The translations under genes were made by a program, and so were the position numbers. The notes under the pieces were generated by a model that made no database searches, was not told the DNA's origin, and saw only the letters and a list, made by a program, of their open reading frames with translations. From contig JBHLQH010000017.1 of assembly GCA_048884965.1 (NCBI GenBank), positions 7,258 through 71,257 of the forward strand: a stretch of DNA of 64,000 nt. Reading direction: 5' to 3'. This DNA comes from Candidatus Thorarchaeota archaeon. GTDB taxonomy: Archaea; Asgardarchaeota; Thorarchaeia; Thorarchaeales; Thorarchaeaceae. This document shows positions 51,167 to 60,206 of the stretch, piece by piece. Numbering within the stretch: position 1 is the stretch's first letter; each line of letters opens with the position of its first letter.

Positions 51167-52594
51167 TTGGAATCAACATTGAACATTTTGGCTCGTATTC
51201 AAACGCCATTCGATGATGAAATCCCTAAAGTTGAGGAACCGTCTGCTAGGTTTTACGTCGATGCAATGAGGATATACCTGGCATTGAGCAGTGGAACAAT
51301 CAGCTTTGACGAAGGAATTGAAGCTGCAGAAGCTCTCAAGAAAAATCCCGAGTATGCAAGGTCTCCAACCAATCCAACACAAGTTCCAATCAATCAGCAT
51401 TACACAAACAAGATTCTTGAGAACCTGAAAATTCTGAAGAAGTTCAATCTCTTCACTCGCGATTCTATAAGATCCGCATACAGTTTCGTCTTCATCTCAG
51501 AAGAAGCCTCAATCAACAATATTGATTTTCGAGTGCTGCAAGGTATAGTAGAGACTCCAAGAGCATCGATATCCTCTCTTGCCATAAATCTGGGAATATC
51601 TCCTAGAACTGTGTCCAGATCCTTTGAGCGATTAAAAGAAAGGCACCTATTGAGAAATCGTGCATACCTTGACAACACTCCATGGGGAATTAATACGAGT
51701 CTAGTCTTCTTTACCCCTCGTAAGGATATAGATTGGCCTCGAGTGGAAGAGGCATTGATGACATTTCCCTATCTTAAAACAATTCTCAAAACATCTGTAA
51801 GTGATTTAGGATATCTCTCATTTATTGTTCCAGGGTACAAGGAAAATTACACTTCACTTCATAATAGTATCAAGAAATTATCCAAAACCATTTTCGATTA
51901 TGTGAGCATACACACTCAGGATATCGTAGGTGCTGATAGAAATCTGTCGTTGTATCAAAATGGAATATGGAAATTCCCTGATGCTGCCAAGTTGCTATTC
52001 GAGAATGAGGATCTACCTAATCCTGAAACTACTCCTAGAATCTTGACCTGCAGCGAGGATGTTTCTAGCTTCAGGGAGATTGACTATAAGATAGCATTGG
52101 CTGTAAAGCAATCATCAAGGGCATCACCAAGCGAAATTGCTAGAAACCTCCTCAGGAAAGGCATCGATGTAGATCCAAAGCAAATCTCTACAGTAGTGAG
52201 AAAACTGTATGATAGATCTATAGTTCTTCCATACACAGTTTTTGCCTTGGGACTTACATCTGACTTCTGTTTTGAGATAGTATGTAACGAGTTTTGGAAA
52301 CAGCGCATTATGTCTGTTCTTCCTCTTCTACCTTACACAATGTCCTATTTCTCGCCAAATGGTGTCATCATCTGGGCTGCTTCTCCAGGGGTTCAACAGG
52401 TCGAATACTATCAGCTATTCAGACTTCTAGAAGAACACTCAGGTGTGAAATCGGTTCGATCGCTAATGACCATCAACATGAAAGGCTCAAGGGTGATAGA
52501 CGATTTCGTTGAATCTTGGAGATATACACGCAATGGATATTCAGTACCCTCAGAGGAGTTTAATCTCTCAGAATATCTACCAGATGACCTCTAA
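51167..52594 (+). CDS. Divergent tandem Lrp/AsnC-like regulator with extra N-terminal domain
   Basis: IDFRVL.....PRASISSLA.NLGISPRTV...ERL; second unit IDYKI......SRAS.SEIA. Confidence 0.78.
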   Translation: MESTLNILARIQTPFDDEIPKVEEPSARFYVDAMRIYLALSSGTISFDEGIEAAEALKKNPEYARSPTNPTQVPINQHYTNKILENLKILKKFNLFTRDSIRSAYSFVFISEEASINNIDFRVLQGIVETPRASISSLAINLGISPRTVSRSFERLKERHLLRNRAYLDNTPWGINTSLVFFTPRKDIDWPRVEEALMTFPYLKTILKTSVSDLGYLSFIVPGYKENYTSLHNSIKKLSKTIFDYVSIHTQDIVGADRNLSLYQNGIWKFPDAAKLLFENEDLPNPETTPRILTCSEDVSSFREIDYKIALAVKQSSRASPSEIARNLLRKGIDVDPKQISTVVRKLYDRSIVLPYTVFALGLTSDFCFEIVCNEFWKQRIMSVLPLLPYTMSYFSPNGVIIWAASPGVQQVEYYQLFRLLEEHSGVKSVRSLMTINMKGSRVIDDFVESWRYTRNGYSVPSEEFNLSEYLPDDL

Positions 52595-52606
52595 GGCAAT
52601 TGTTCA

Positions 52607-53515
52607 CTAAATTGCTTGTAGACCTTTTACCAGCAATTGCATAGATTTTTTGTTATGACTCAATGGTGGTCCAAACACTATGTGATTCACGCCATGAACT
52701 TCAAGAAGGGACATGTAGTCTTTTATTCCCTCAAAGGATGTAAAAAGCCCCCAACGAGTCAGAGATTTCTCTCCTATTGCTGCTACGACCTCCTCATTCA
52801 CTTTTCCATTCATCGCATGAAGTTCCCTAGCTCTTAGCACTGAATCCTCTAAGCCAAACTCCTGAAGAAGTGCCTTTGGTGCGCCAATTGCGACTACAGC
52901 GGTAGTGTAATTGAACTCACTCGATGTTTCTTGATTTGGGCTATCTACAATCTCAGTCGGTACAAATACGCCAAACGTGAAATCTTCGTGATGGGGCTCA
53001 ATGATATCCTGCGCCCATTTGATCATTTCAGGTTCAGATAGATTGAGAAGCACTCCATCAAGTGTTGAAGATTCTTTTATCATACGAGGTCCTTGAGCTC
53101 CTAGCATGACCGCACAACCGAGGTCACGTTCCTTTACCATCTGCTTGATATCAGATGCAACCTTAATGGTGTGCTCCATGACCCGTTTTGGAACCCATGT
53201 TCTTTGTCCAATCCGTACGAGTGCCATTTTGTCTCCCGGTCCGATGAGTAAATCGAATCGCGGACCGAACTCCTCTACGAGTGTATCAAGCCACCTAATC
53301 ACATAATCACAATCATAGATCATTGATGAGATAAGCCCAAGTCCAATACGACAGTTGATTGTCGATGCAAGTTTGAGTGCCACTGTGGGTGCGAATCTAG
53401 GGGCTGGAAAATCGACAACCCAAATCTCATCAAAATGAGCATTGTCGAAAAAGGTTGCAATCTCGAGCGTGTTACTAAAGGATTCGTAGACATTTAGCGC
53501 AGCTGCTAATTTCAC
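52607..53515 (-). CDS. LLM-class (Mer-like) oxidoreductase, divergent
   Basis: IGPGD, LGAQGPRM, DGVLLN, IVFGPPL. Confidence 0.8.
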   Translation of the reverse strand: MKLAAALNVYESFSNTLEIATFFDNAHFDEIWVVDFPAPRFAPTVALKLASTINCRIGLGLISSMIYDCDYVIRWLDTLVEEFGPRFDLLIGPGDKMALVRIGQRTWVPKRVMEHTIKVASDIKQMVKERDLGCAVMLGAQGPRMIKESSTLDGVLLNLSEPEMIKWAQDIIEPHHEDFTFGVFVPTEIVDSPNQETSSEFNYTTAVVAIGAPKALLQEFGLEDSVLRARELHAMNGKVNEEVVAAIGEKSLTRWGLFTSFEGIKDYMSLLEVHGVNHIVFGPPLSHNKKSMQLLVKGLQAI

Positions 53516-54537
53516 ATCTGTGTTCTCCTAATCTGTATTTCATTGAAAATGTCCTGCATCGCACCTCGCCAGTCTCCAGAGAATGGAGGTCCCAAAACCA
53601 CTTCCGTGATTCCTACGGATGCAACCTGCTCGAACATGTCTACCATGTGTGTTAGGGTCCCAGCAATGGCAAAAGTATCCATAATATCGTCATCAATCAG
53701 GTTTGACCCTACATCAGGTCCTTCTGATGCAACTACTTCTCTAATTTTGTCGATTCTCTCTTTGTCCACAGCCAACATATCGATGATACTTACTGGCATA
53801 TCTGCGACCACAATTGCTACAACCTTTTTGGCTAACTTTTCTTTGCCCCCTTTGAATGTTGGAATTGTTGGTAGCCACGCGATTTTTTCTACATCATTTG
53901 ACTTGCGACCTGATTTCAGGGCGGCTTCATTAATCTCTTTGACCGCATATCTAAGATATTCAATAGGCCCTGAAAGAATCGCACCATCCGCTTCTTCTCC
54001 TACGAGTTTGAGCATTTGAGGTCCTCTGACCCCAAGAAAAACAGGAATTCTTGTATCCGCTGTTCTCAATTCATACTCATCAAGCTCGAACAGCTCATTC
54101 TTGACAGTGATCTTCCTTCCCTCCCAAAGAGATCGCAAACATTTCACAGTCTGACGCAATAGAGTGACTGGTTTCTTCAATTCAATTCCTAGCTTCTTCA
54201 AATCTTGAATTCCACCAATGCCTGTGCCAAAAACAAAACGACCGCTACCGATCTCTTGTAAACTAAGCGCCGCTCTTGCTAAGGTAGTGATATTATGAAC
54301 GCTGATAGGAACTATTCCAGTTCCTACTCTCGTTTTTTGGGTATGCATCAGTGAAGCAGCTGATAGTATGAATGGGTCTTGACCAATACCGATATCCTCC
54401 CCAATCCAGATAGAGTGCACTCCCATTGAATCAGCGTTTTCTGCAATCCATTTGGTTGCTTGGACTTTCATATTAGTAGTTATGCCGACACTTGCATGAT
54501 ACAACATTCTATCCCTGAATGTGATTGCTATTCGCAC
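53512..54537 (-). CDS. LLM-class (Mer-like, probably F420-dependent) oxidoreductase
   Basis: IWIGED, VGTGI, GRFVFGTGIG, GVRGPQML...GE.ADG, VVLGPP. Confidence 0.85.
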   Translation of the reverse strand: MRIAITFRDRMLYHASVGITTNMKVQATKWIAENADSMGVHSIWIGEDIGIGQDPFILSAASLMHTQKTRVGTGIVPISVHNITTLARAALSLQEIGSGRFVFGTGIGGIQDLKKLGIELKKPVTLLRQTVKCLRSLWEGRKITVKNELFELDEYELRTADTRIPVFLGVRGPQMLKLVGEEADGAILSGPIEYLRYAVKEINEAALKSGRKSNDVEKIAWLPTIPTFKGGKEKLAKKVVAIVVADMPVSIIDMLAVDKERIDKIREVVASEGPDVGSNLIDDDIMDTFAIAGTLTHMVDMFEQVASVGITEVVLGPPFSGDWRGAMQDIFNEIQIRRTQM

Positions 54538-54613
54538 TAAAGAATGATTTCACATGTAACGAAGATAATGACTAGATATTTGTACAACCAGTCATGATAG
54601 AGCATGAACTAAT

Positions 54614-55168
54614 TTGAAGCGAATACTTTGGGGTATCACTGGGTCTGGAGATAGGATTGATGAGATTGTTGGCATTATGGATCAAGTCAATGCGATGGAG
54701 GGCATCAAGCTCAATATCATCATTTCTAAAGCCGGAGAGCAGATGCTAAGGCGCTATTCTCTTTGGGAGAAGATAGAGTCCTCGTTTCGAAAAGTAACTC
54801 GGGAAGTGAATTCCAACGTCCCTTTTGTAGCTGGGCCTTTACAAGTCGGTCACTATGCACTTCTTGTGGTCGCGCCTCTGACAGCTAACTCCACAGCTAA
54901 AATCGCTCTTGGCATAGCTGACACTCTAGTTACAAATGCTGTAGCGCAAACCCTCAAGGGAAACACTCCTGTCCTTCTCTACCCTGTCGATCAAAATCCC
55001 GGAACAGTGGAAACTACTGCCCCCGACGGAATGCAGTACACCATCCGAACTCGCGAAGTAGACTTGCGTAATGCAGAGATGCTACGACAAATGGAAGGAG
55101 TCACAGTCGTGCCATCTCCTGAGCATATCTTTCCTGCAATCAAGAGAATTATCAAAGTTGATGGATGA
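54614..55168 (+). CDS. afpA: Archaeal flavoprotein AfpA family
   Basis: WGITGSG, SKAGE, PLTANSTAKIA.GIADTLVTNAVAQ, PVD. Confidence 0.85.
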   Translation: MKRILWGITGSGDRIDEIVGIMDQVNAMEGIKLNIIISKAGEQMLRRYSLWEKIESSFRKVTREVNSNVPFVAGPLQVGHYALLVVAPLTANSTAKIALGIADTLVTNAVAQTLKGNTPVLLYPVDQNPGTVETTAPDGMQYTIRTREVDLRNAEMLRQMEGVTVVPSPEHIFPAIKRIIKVDG

Positions 55169-55245
55169 CCTGAATGGTATTCTATGTTGAATCTGAAGAG
55201 AGAAATAGAGGCTTATCCCACACTTATTCGTAGAGGTCCCTCAAA

Positions 55246-56547
55246 ATGAAACTTGATGTTCCTTGGCTGGTACTACCTGAAGGTTTCGAGTTCTGCGCCG
55301 TGGAAACTGATGATGAGCTCGAAGAAATCATACGATTCAATCGCGACCTTCATGACCCTTGGGATGGTGATCTGTTACGAAGATTCATCGAGCATCTACC
55401 GGATTTTAGACGTGATTTGAATTTCTACATTCGGGATACAGAAAATGGGATGATAGTTTCATCAATGAACGCGATACCCTGTACTTGGACATATGCAGGA
55501 ATTCCACTTCGGAATCTGGAGATGGGGTTTGTTGGCACACTCCCCGAGTATCAGAGAAGGGGTTTCTTCAACATCCTGTACAATTACTTCGAACATCTAT
55601 TGATTGAAGGTCAATATGACCTCTCCAGCATTCAGGGCATCCCCTTTTTCTACCGCAAGTATGGGTATGACTTTATCCTGCCTTTGGATCGAACCATAAC
55701 CTTAGATCAAGCATCGATTCCTTCCCTCGCTCCTGATTCTATCCCCTCTTTCATGGACATCACATTGAGAGAATCCACGGCAGAAGACATTCCCAAGCTC
55801 ATGGAGCTATACTCAATATCGCAAGCCCGTCTATTAGTTACCGCAGTGCGTGATGAACGTCTTTGGAGAGCTCAAGAATCAATCCGAATGAGTGAGGACA
55901 AACCGATTCGAACACTATTGCTCGATAATAATGACAGGATAGAAGGCTATTTTCGAGTAGGCGAACGAAGGGACCGTGTAAAGGATACTGTTGAAGCAAT
56001 CATTGTGAAGGAGTCGAGTATTCTGTCCTACGACTCAGTGATGCGTACGCTCCATTTCCTAAAGGACGCAGCTCAAGCTGCAAACACATCAGTCATTGAG
56101 ATACCAGGGAATCGAATCTCAAACCTAGGGCAAATCGCATTGGACTATGGTGGAATCATGCAACGAGGTTGGAAATACCAGATAAGGATTCCAAATCTCC
56201 TCAATTTTCTCAACAAAATACGTCCAGTATTGGAAATGCGATTGAAGAGCACTATGTATGAAGGAATTACTCGCGAGATAGCTATCAGTACATACCGTAA
56301 TTGCTACCTCCTCAAGTTCATAGAGGGAACCTTAGAACCGATAGAGGATCTTGGGATGCAACCCACAAGGTCAAGATACGGGATTAGGATGCCACCGCAA
56401 GACCTAGTCCGATTAATTCTGGGTGACTATTCCATCCACGAACTGGGGACCCAGAATATCGATTTCATCGTACGTCCTGGAAGAAAGCACTTCCTTGAAA
56501 CGTTGTTTCCAAAACAAGACAGTTACCTGTACTCCTATCAGTTCTAA
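55246..56547 (+). CDS. Eis-like multidomain GNAT acetyltransferase
   Basis: VGTLPEYQRRG, GIP.FYRKYGY, second GNAT-like unit, LFP tail. Confidence 0.85.
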   Translation: MKLDVPWLVLPEGFEFCAVETDDELEEIIRFNRDLHDPWDGDLLRRFIEHLPDFRRDLNFYIRDTENGMIVSSMNAIPCTWTYAGIPLRNLEMGFVGTLPEYQRRGFFNILYNYFEHLLIEGQYDLSSIQGIPFFYRKYGYDFILPLDRTITLDQASIPSLAPDSIPSFMDITLRESTAEDIPKLMELYSISQARLLVTAVRDERLWRAQESIRMSEDKPIRTLLLDNNDRIEGYFRVGERRDRVKDTVEAIIVKESSILSYDSVMRTLHFLKDAAQAANTSVIEIPGNRISNLGQIALDYGGIMQRGWKYQIRIPNLLNFLNKIRPVLEMRLKSTMYEGITREIAISTYRNCYLLKFIEGTLEPIEDLGMQPTRSRYGIRMPPQDLVRLILGDYSIHELGTQNIDFIVRPGRKHFLETLFPKQDSYLYSYQF

Positions 56548-56601
56548 TCGGGTTGATCTGGAGCTCGAGAACGCCTCGAGCTCAAGTACAACCAATGTTT
56601 C

Positions 56602-56982
56602 TCAATCCAAGTCTGGTATGTTTATCTCGACAGAGAAATCAGTTCCACATGGACAGCTCGCATTGATTGGATATTTGCTCGGAGTATCAATTGAAATCGA
56701 TGCCCCTTGAATTGCTGCCTTATCAATCATGGTTTGCATGTTGTGAACCATATACTTGGCAAATCCGACAACTACATCAGGGATAGAGATGTCATTAATC
56801 CAGTATACATAGTGAGTACAATCTGGATTGGGGCATGAGGAAAGCAGGACTCTCGTCCCATCTCCACAAGCACCACATGTCAAATCAGTGTGATGATAAT
56901 CGGGAGCATCCGGTGCTGGCAGATCAAGCTTGTTCTGAGCACCACATCGGTAACAATAGTAGCTAAAATCGACCGTCTTTAT
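56602..56982 (-). CDS. Multi-CxxC zinc-ribbon protein (probable ATA start)
   Basis: CYRC, CGAC, CP..DC, CPC; the frame is open upstream of TTG 56883 to an ATA three codons after a TGA. Confidence 0.75.
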   Translation of the reverse strand: MKTVDFSYYCYRCGAQNKLDLPAPDAPDYHHTDLTCGACGDGTRVLLSSCPNPDCTHYVYWINDISIPDVVVGFAKYMVHNMQTMIDKAAIQGASISIDTPSKYPINASCPCGTDFSVEINIPDLD

Positions 56983-57129
56983 CGCTTCCTTTCATTTCGC
57001 CAACCTGATGTAGGTTAGCATTAGTCTGTTTCTTTCTTGATTAGTCAAAATAGGTCTTGTGTGTGTGCCCTTGGATATTGGGGGAGCTAATAAGGAGAAA
57101 TCCAAGGCAATATTTGGAGTGAGCTACTG

Positions 57130-57330
57130 TTGCAGGTCACGTCAAGAATGACAAAGTTGTTCTCATTATTACTGGTTTTCTTATCTGAGAACTACGAGAA
57201 TCGGCATGGTCCCTGTGAAGTTTGTGGAACTCCCTCACCCAACTTTGGCAAGACCTTTCTCACACATAGCCGGCATGGTCCAAAGTGGATATGTGTAGAT
57301 TGCATCCTCAACCGAATAGAGGGAAAATAG
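57130..57330 (+). CDS. Small C4 zinc-finger protein
   Basis: CEVCG...WICVDCI; start uncertain. Confidence 0.6.
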   Translation: MQVTSRMTKLFSLLLVFLSENYENRHGPCEVCGTPSPNFGKTFLTHSRHGPKWICVDCILNRIEGK

Positions 57331-57372
57331 AGTAAAGCCTAACAGTGAAAAGCAATTCATGCTACTCACAAT

Positions 57373-58146
57373 GTGGTGATTTCCCTGAAACGAAGAATAC
57401 AACCCCATGTTCGAGTTGGCGAAGGCGATGTCCATGAAATCGTTCTTGTCGCGGGGAACCCTGATCGTGTTCCGATAATTGGCTCTAAAATGAAGGATGC
57501 TGAGGAAGTAGCTCACTATCGTGGAATTCTTACATATCGTGCATACACCCCTGCAGGTATACCTGTTACAATATCCGGTACTGGAATGGGGACGCCAACA
57601 ACTCACATTTGCATAGAGGAATTTGCGAATCTCGGAGCAAAGGTCTTCATTCGAATTGGTACTTGTGGAGGAATTGACCCAAACCTGAAGACAGGTGATG
57701 TGGTAGTACCAACAGGTTGTGTCCGTGATGAACGAACAAGCCTGAATTATGCCCCAATGGAGTATCCCTCCATAGCAACGCCACGTTGGTACAATGCGCT
57801 CTATGATGAGATTCGGCAACTTCTGCCTCCTGAGCGAGTTGATACTGGCATCTGTTGGACAAGCGATGTTTACTATTCTACTCCCGAAACCAGCCAGCTA
57901 GATATCTGGACTCGCGCAAATGTGAAGTGCGTTGAAATGGAAAGTTCGTTGCTTTTCGTATTCGCACAGACGCGAGGACTTGAAGCAGCAACAATTGTGG
58001 CATGCGACGGGAACCTTCATAGTGGCCAGAAGGCCGAACAGCAAGATGAATCTGAGAAAAGCGGAGAACAAGATCCCCTTCTAATAGAGGCTGTAGAGAA
58101 AGAAATCGAAGCCACTGTTCGCGCAATAGATAGATTGTGGAAGTAG
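57373..58146 (+). CDS. udp: Uridine phosphorylase / nucleoside phosphorylase
   Basis: GNPDR, TGMG.P, IRIGTCG, VRDE.TS, EMESS. Confidence 0.88.
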   Translation: MVISLKRRIQPHVRVGEGDVHEIVLVAGNPDRVPIIGSKMKDAEEVAHYRGILTYRAYTPAGIPVTISGTGMGTPTTHICIEEFANLGAKVFIRIGTCGGIDPNLKTGDVVVPTGCVRDERTSLNYAPMEYPSIATPRWYNALYDEIRQLLPPERVDTGICWTSDVYYSTPETSQLDIWTRANVKCVEMESSLLFVFAQTRGLEAATIVACDGNLHSGQKAEQQDESEKSGEQDPLLIEAVEKEIEATVRAIDRLWK

Positions 58147-58244
58147 AAGTGATTTGTCGAAGATAGATTGACAGGAGGCGATTCATTACGAAATCTAAGA
58201 AGAATATCAGTCAACCTGCCATTGGAGAGAAAGCCTATATAATT

Positions 58245-58847
58245 ATGAAAGCGCATGCTGAGCAAGCATTGGCACTCGCAGCAGACTGGTGGGAGAATAA
58301 AGAGGTTCCAAAGTATGTTCATGTAAGAGGATTGGAACGAGATGATCTTCCAGAGTTTGTCGAGCTCTATAACAAATGCTTCCTCACTTCTCCTGACCCT
58401 TTCTGTCCTTTGACGATTGAGGAATCACAAAAGCTGGACTTTGAGGGAGTTTTCGTCGCAGAGATGTGGGACGCATTGTCCGGTTTCATAGCGTGTTTCA
58501 TAGAGGAAGACGAAGAATCCATCTATGGGGAAATAACTGGGATAGGAGTTCTCCCTAGCAGGCGAAGAAAAGGAGTTGCCACTGCCCTCATACGAAGTGC
58601 ATCGGAGTACTTTATCGATGCGGGGGTTGAAGAGGTATACTGTGAGGTATTTGAAGAAAACAGTCCTTCTTTGATGCTGATACAAGCATATGGGTTCATT
58701 GAGGTTGGGAAGAGGAGGATTCCTGGCGTCACAGGAACTACAGGTCCTGATGACGCAACCGATGAAGATGCTGCTCCCAGAGGGAAGATAATGCGACGCT
58801 TAGGTCTTCGTCCTCTAGAGGATCATGATGCATGTCGCACAATCTGA
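58245..58847 (+). CDS. GNAT acetyltransferase
   Basis: IGVLPSRRRKGVA, N.PS......YGF. Confidence 0.88.
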   Translation: MKAHAEQALALAADWWENKEVPKYVHVRGLERDDLPEFVELYNKCFLTSPDPFCPLTIEESQKLDFEGVFVAEMWDALSGFIACFIEEDEESIYGEITGIGVLPSRRRKGVATALIRSASEYFIDAGVEEVYCEVFEENSPSLMLIQAYGFIEVGKRRIPGVTGTTGPDDATDEDAAPRGKIMRRLGLRPLEDHDACRTI

Positions 58848-58919
58848 ATCCTTCATGTTAGAACCATCAAATCTAAATTAATTCGCTACCTGATGCTATG
58901 TGTGGTGCTCAACTAAGGA

Positions 58920-60167
58920 TTGGAGCATTGGAGGAACTTGGTAGATTTGAAGTACGATGTGATTGTAGTAGGCGCTGGTCCTGCTGGTGCAATAGCAGCA
59001 TATGAGGCAGCCAATCTTGGCTTGAAGACTTTGCTACTTGAGAAATTCACACTTCCCCGAGACAAGCCCTGTGGTGGAGCAGTCATGTACCGCGGAATCC
59101 ATATCGTACGTGGAAAAATCCCCTCCAATATAATAGAACAGAAGATCTATGGTCTACGTTTCATATTGTCCGATGGAAAGGAAGCCAATTTCAAATCTAA
59201 CAAGATTATAGGTATCACGGTCTTCAGAAGTCTGTTTGATGAGTATCTTGCTCGTCGAGCTGAACAAGCGGGAGCTGAACTGCATGAGAATGCACGAGTA
59301 GTCAAAGTATCAGTTAGCGACCATGGTGCCCAAGTGCAGCTAAGTGATGGAAGGGACTTCGAATCAAAGTTCCTTATTGGTGCGGATGGTGTGAATTCGA
59401 TCGTCAGCCGTTCAGTTGGTCTTCGTCCAGAGCGTAAGAATCCCTACAGGATTGGCTTAGGAATGGAAGCAGACTTTCATGTAGGGCATGATGGTGTGAT
59501 GAAAGCCATGAGAAACGACCCCTCCATTTTGGAGATCATCCCTGTAGATGGACGAGTCAGTTATGGCTGGATGTTCCCTAAGAAAGAGCACCTTGCGATT
59601 GGCATAGCTGGCGCAAGCGTGCATATGCATCCTTTGCGTCCCCTCTTCGAATCATTTCGTTTGAAACTGGAGGCTCGCACCGGCCTCTCATTGATACCTG
59701 ATAAAAAGAGAACCTATTTCCTAGGCGGCGATGGAATTCTTGGCACAAACTATGCAAATAGAACCCTCTTGATTGGAGACGCTGCAGGTTTTGTTGATCC
59801 AATGATGGGGGAGGGCATTGCATATGCGATGCGATCTGGTCAGATTGCCGCGACTGTAATTAATTCCTGTATAGAGAATAATCGATATGACGAGAAAGCT
59901 CTTCTGGATTACCAACGGTTGTGTCATGATGAGTTTGCTGCTAACTTCGAAATGGCTGAGTGGGCTGGGCTAAAAGGCACCTCATTCGCAGAAACGGTGC
60001 TATCTCGTGCACAAGACCTTGAGATGTCCTCAGAGATCTTGGCTGCTCTCGCACGCGGTGAGATTGGCTATTCCCAGATTCCTCCTATCGTGCTACGGAA
60101 GCTCCCCCGTGAGATACCTCGGCTAATTCAACGCGCAGTGCAAAGCCGCATCCAAAACAATCATTGA
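58920..60167 (+). CDS. Geranylgeranyl reductase-family FAD oxidoreductase
   Basis: GAGPAG, PRDKPCGG, GADG, YGWMFPK, GDAAGFVDP..GEGI. Confidence 0.92.
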   Translation: MEHWRNLVDLKYDVIVVGAGPAGAIAAYEAANLGLKTLLLEKFTLPRDKPCGGAVMYRGIHIVRGKIPSNIIEQKIYGLRFILSDGKEANFKSNKIIGITVFRSLFDEYLARRAEQAGAELHENARVVKVSVSDHGAQVQLSDGRDFESKFLIGADGVNSIVSRSVGLRPERKNPYRIGLGMEADFHVGHDGVMKAMRNDPSILEIIPVDGRVSYGWMFPKKEHLAIGIAGASVHMHPLRPLFESFRLKLEARTGLSLIPDKKRTYFLGGDGILGTNYANRTLLIGDAAGFVDPMMGEGIAYAMRSGQIAATVINSCIENNRYDEKALLDYQRLCHDEFAANFEMAEWAGLKGTSFAETVLSRAQDLEMSSEILAALARGEIGYSQIPPIVLRKLPREIPRLIQRAVQSRIQNNH

Positions 60168-60206
60168 AAAGACTATTAGGCCGTTTATTCTTCCAACACA
60201 TCGGTC

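Noticed and set aside
52607-54537. Calling the LLM genes mer
   Set aside because: Too divergent from Mer signature motifs to assign the symbol.
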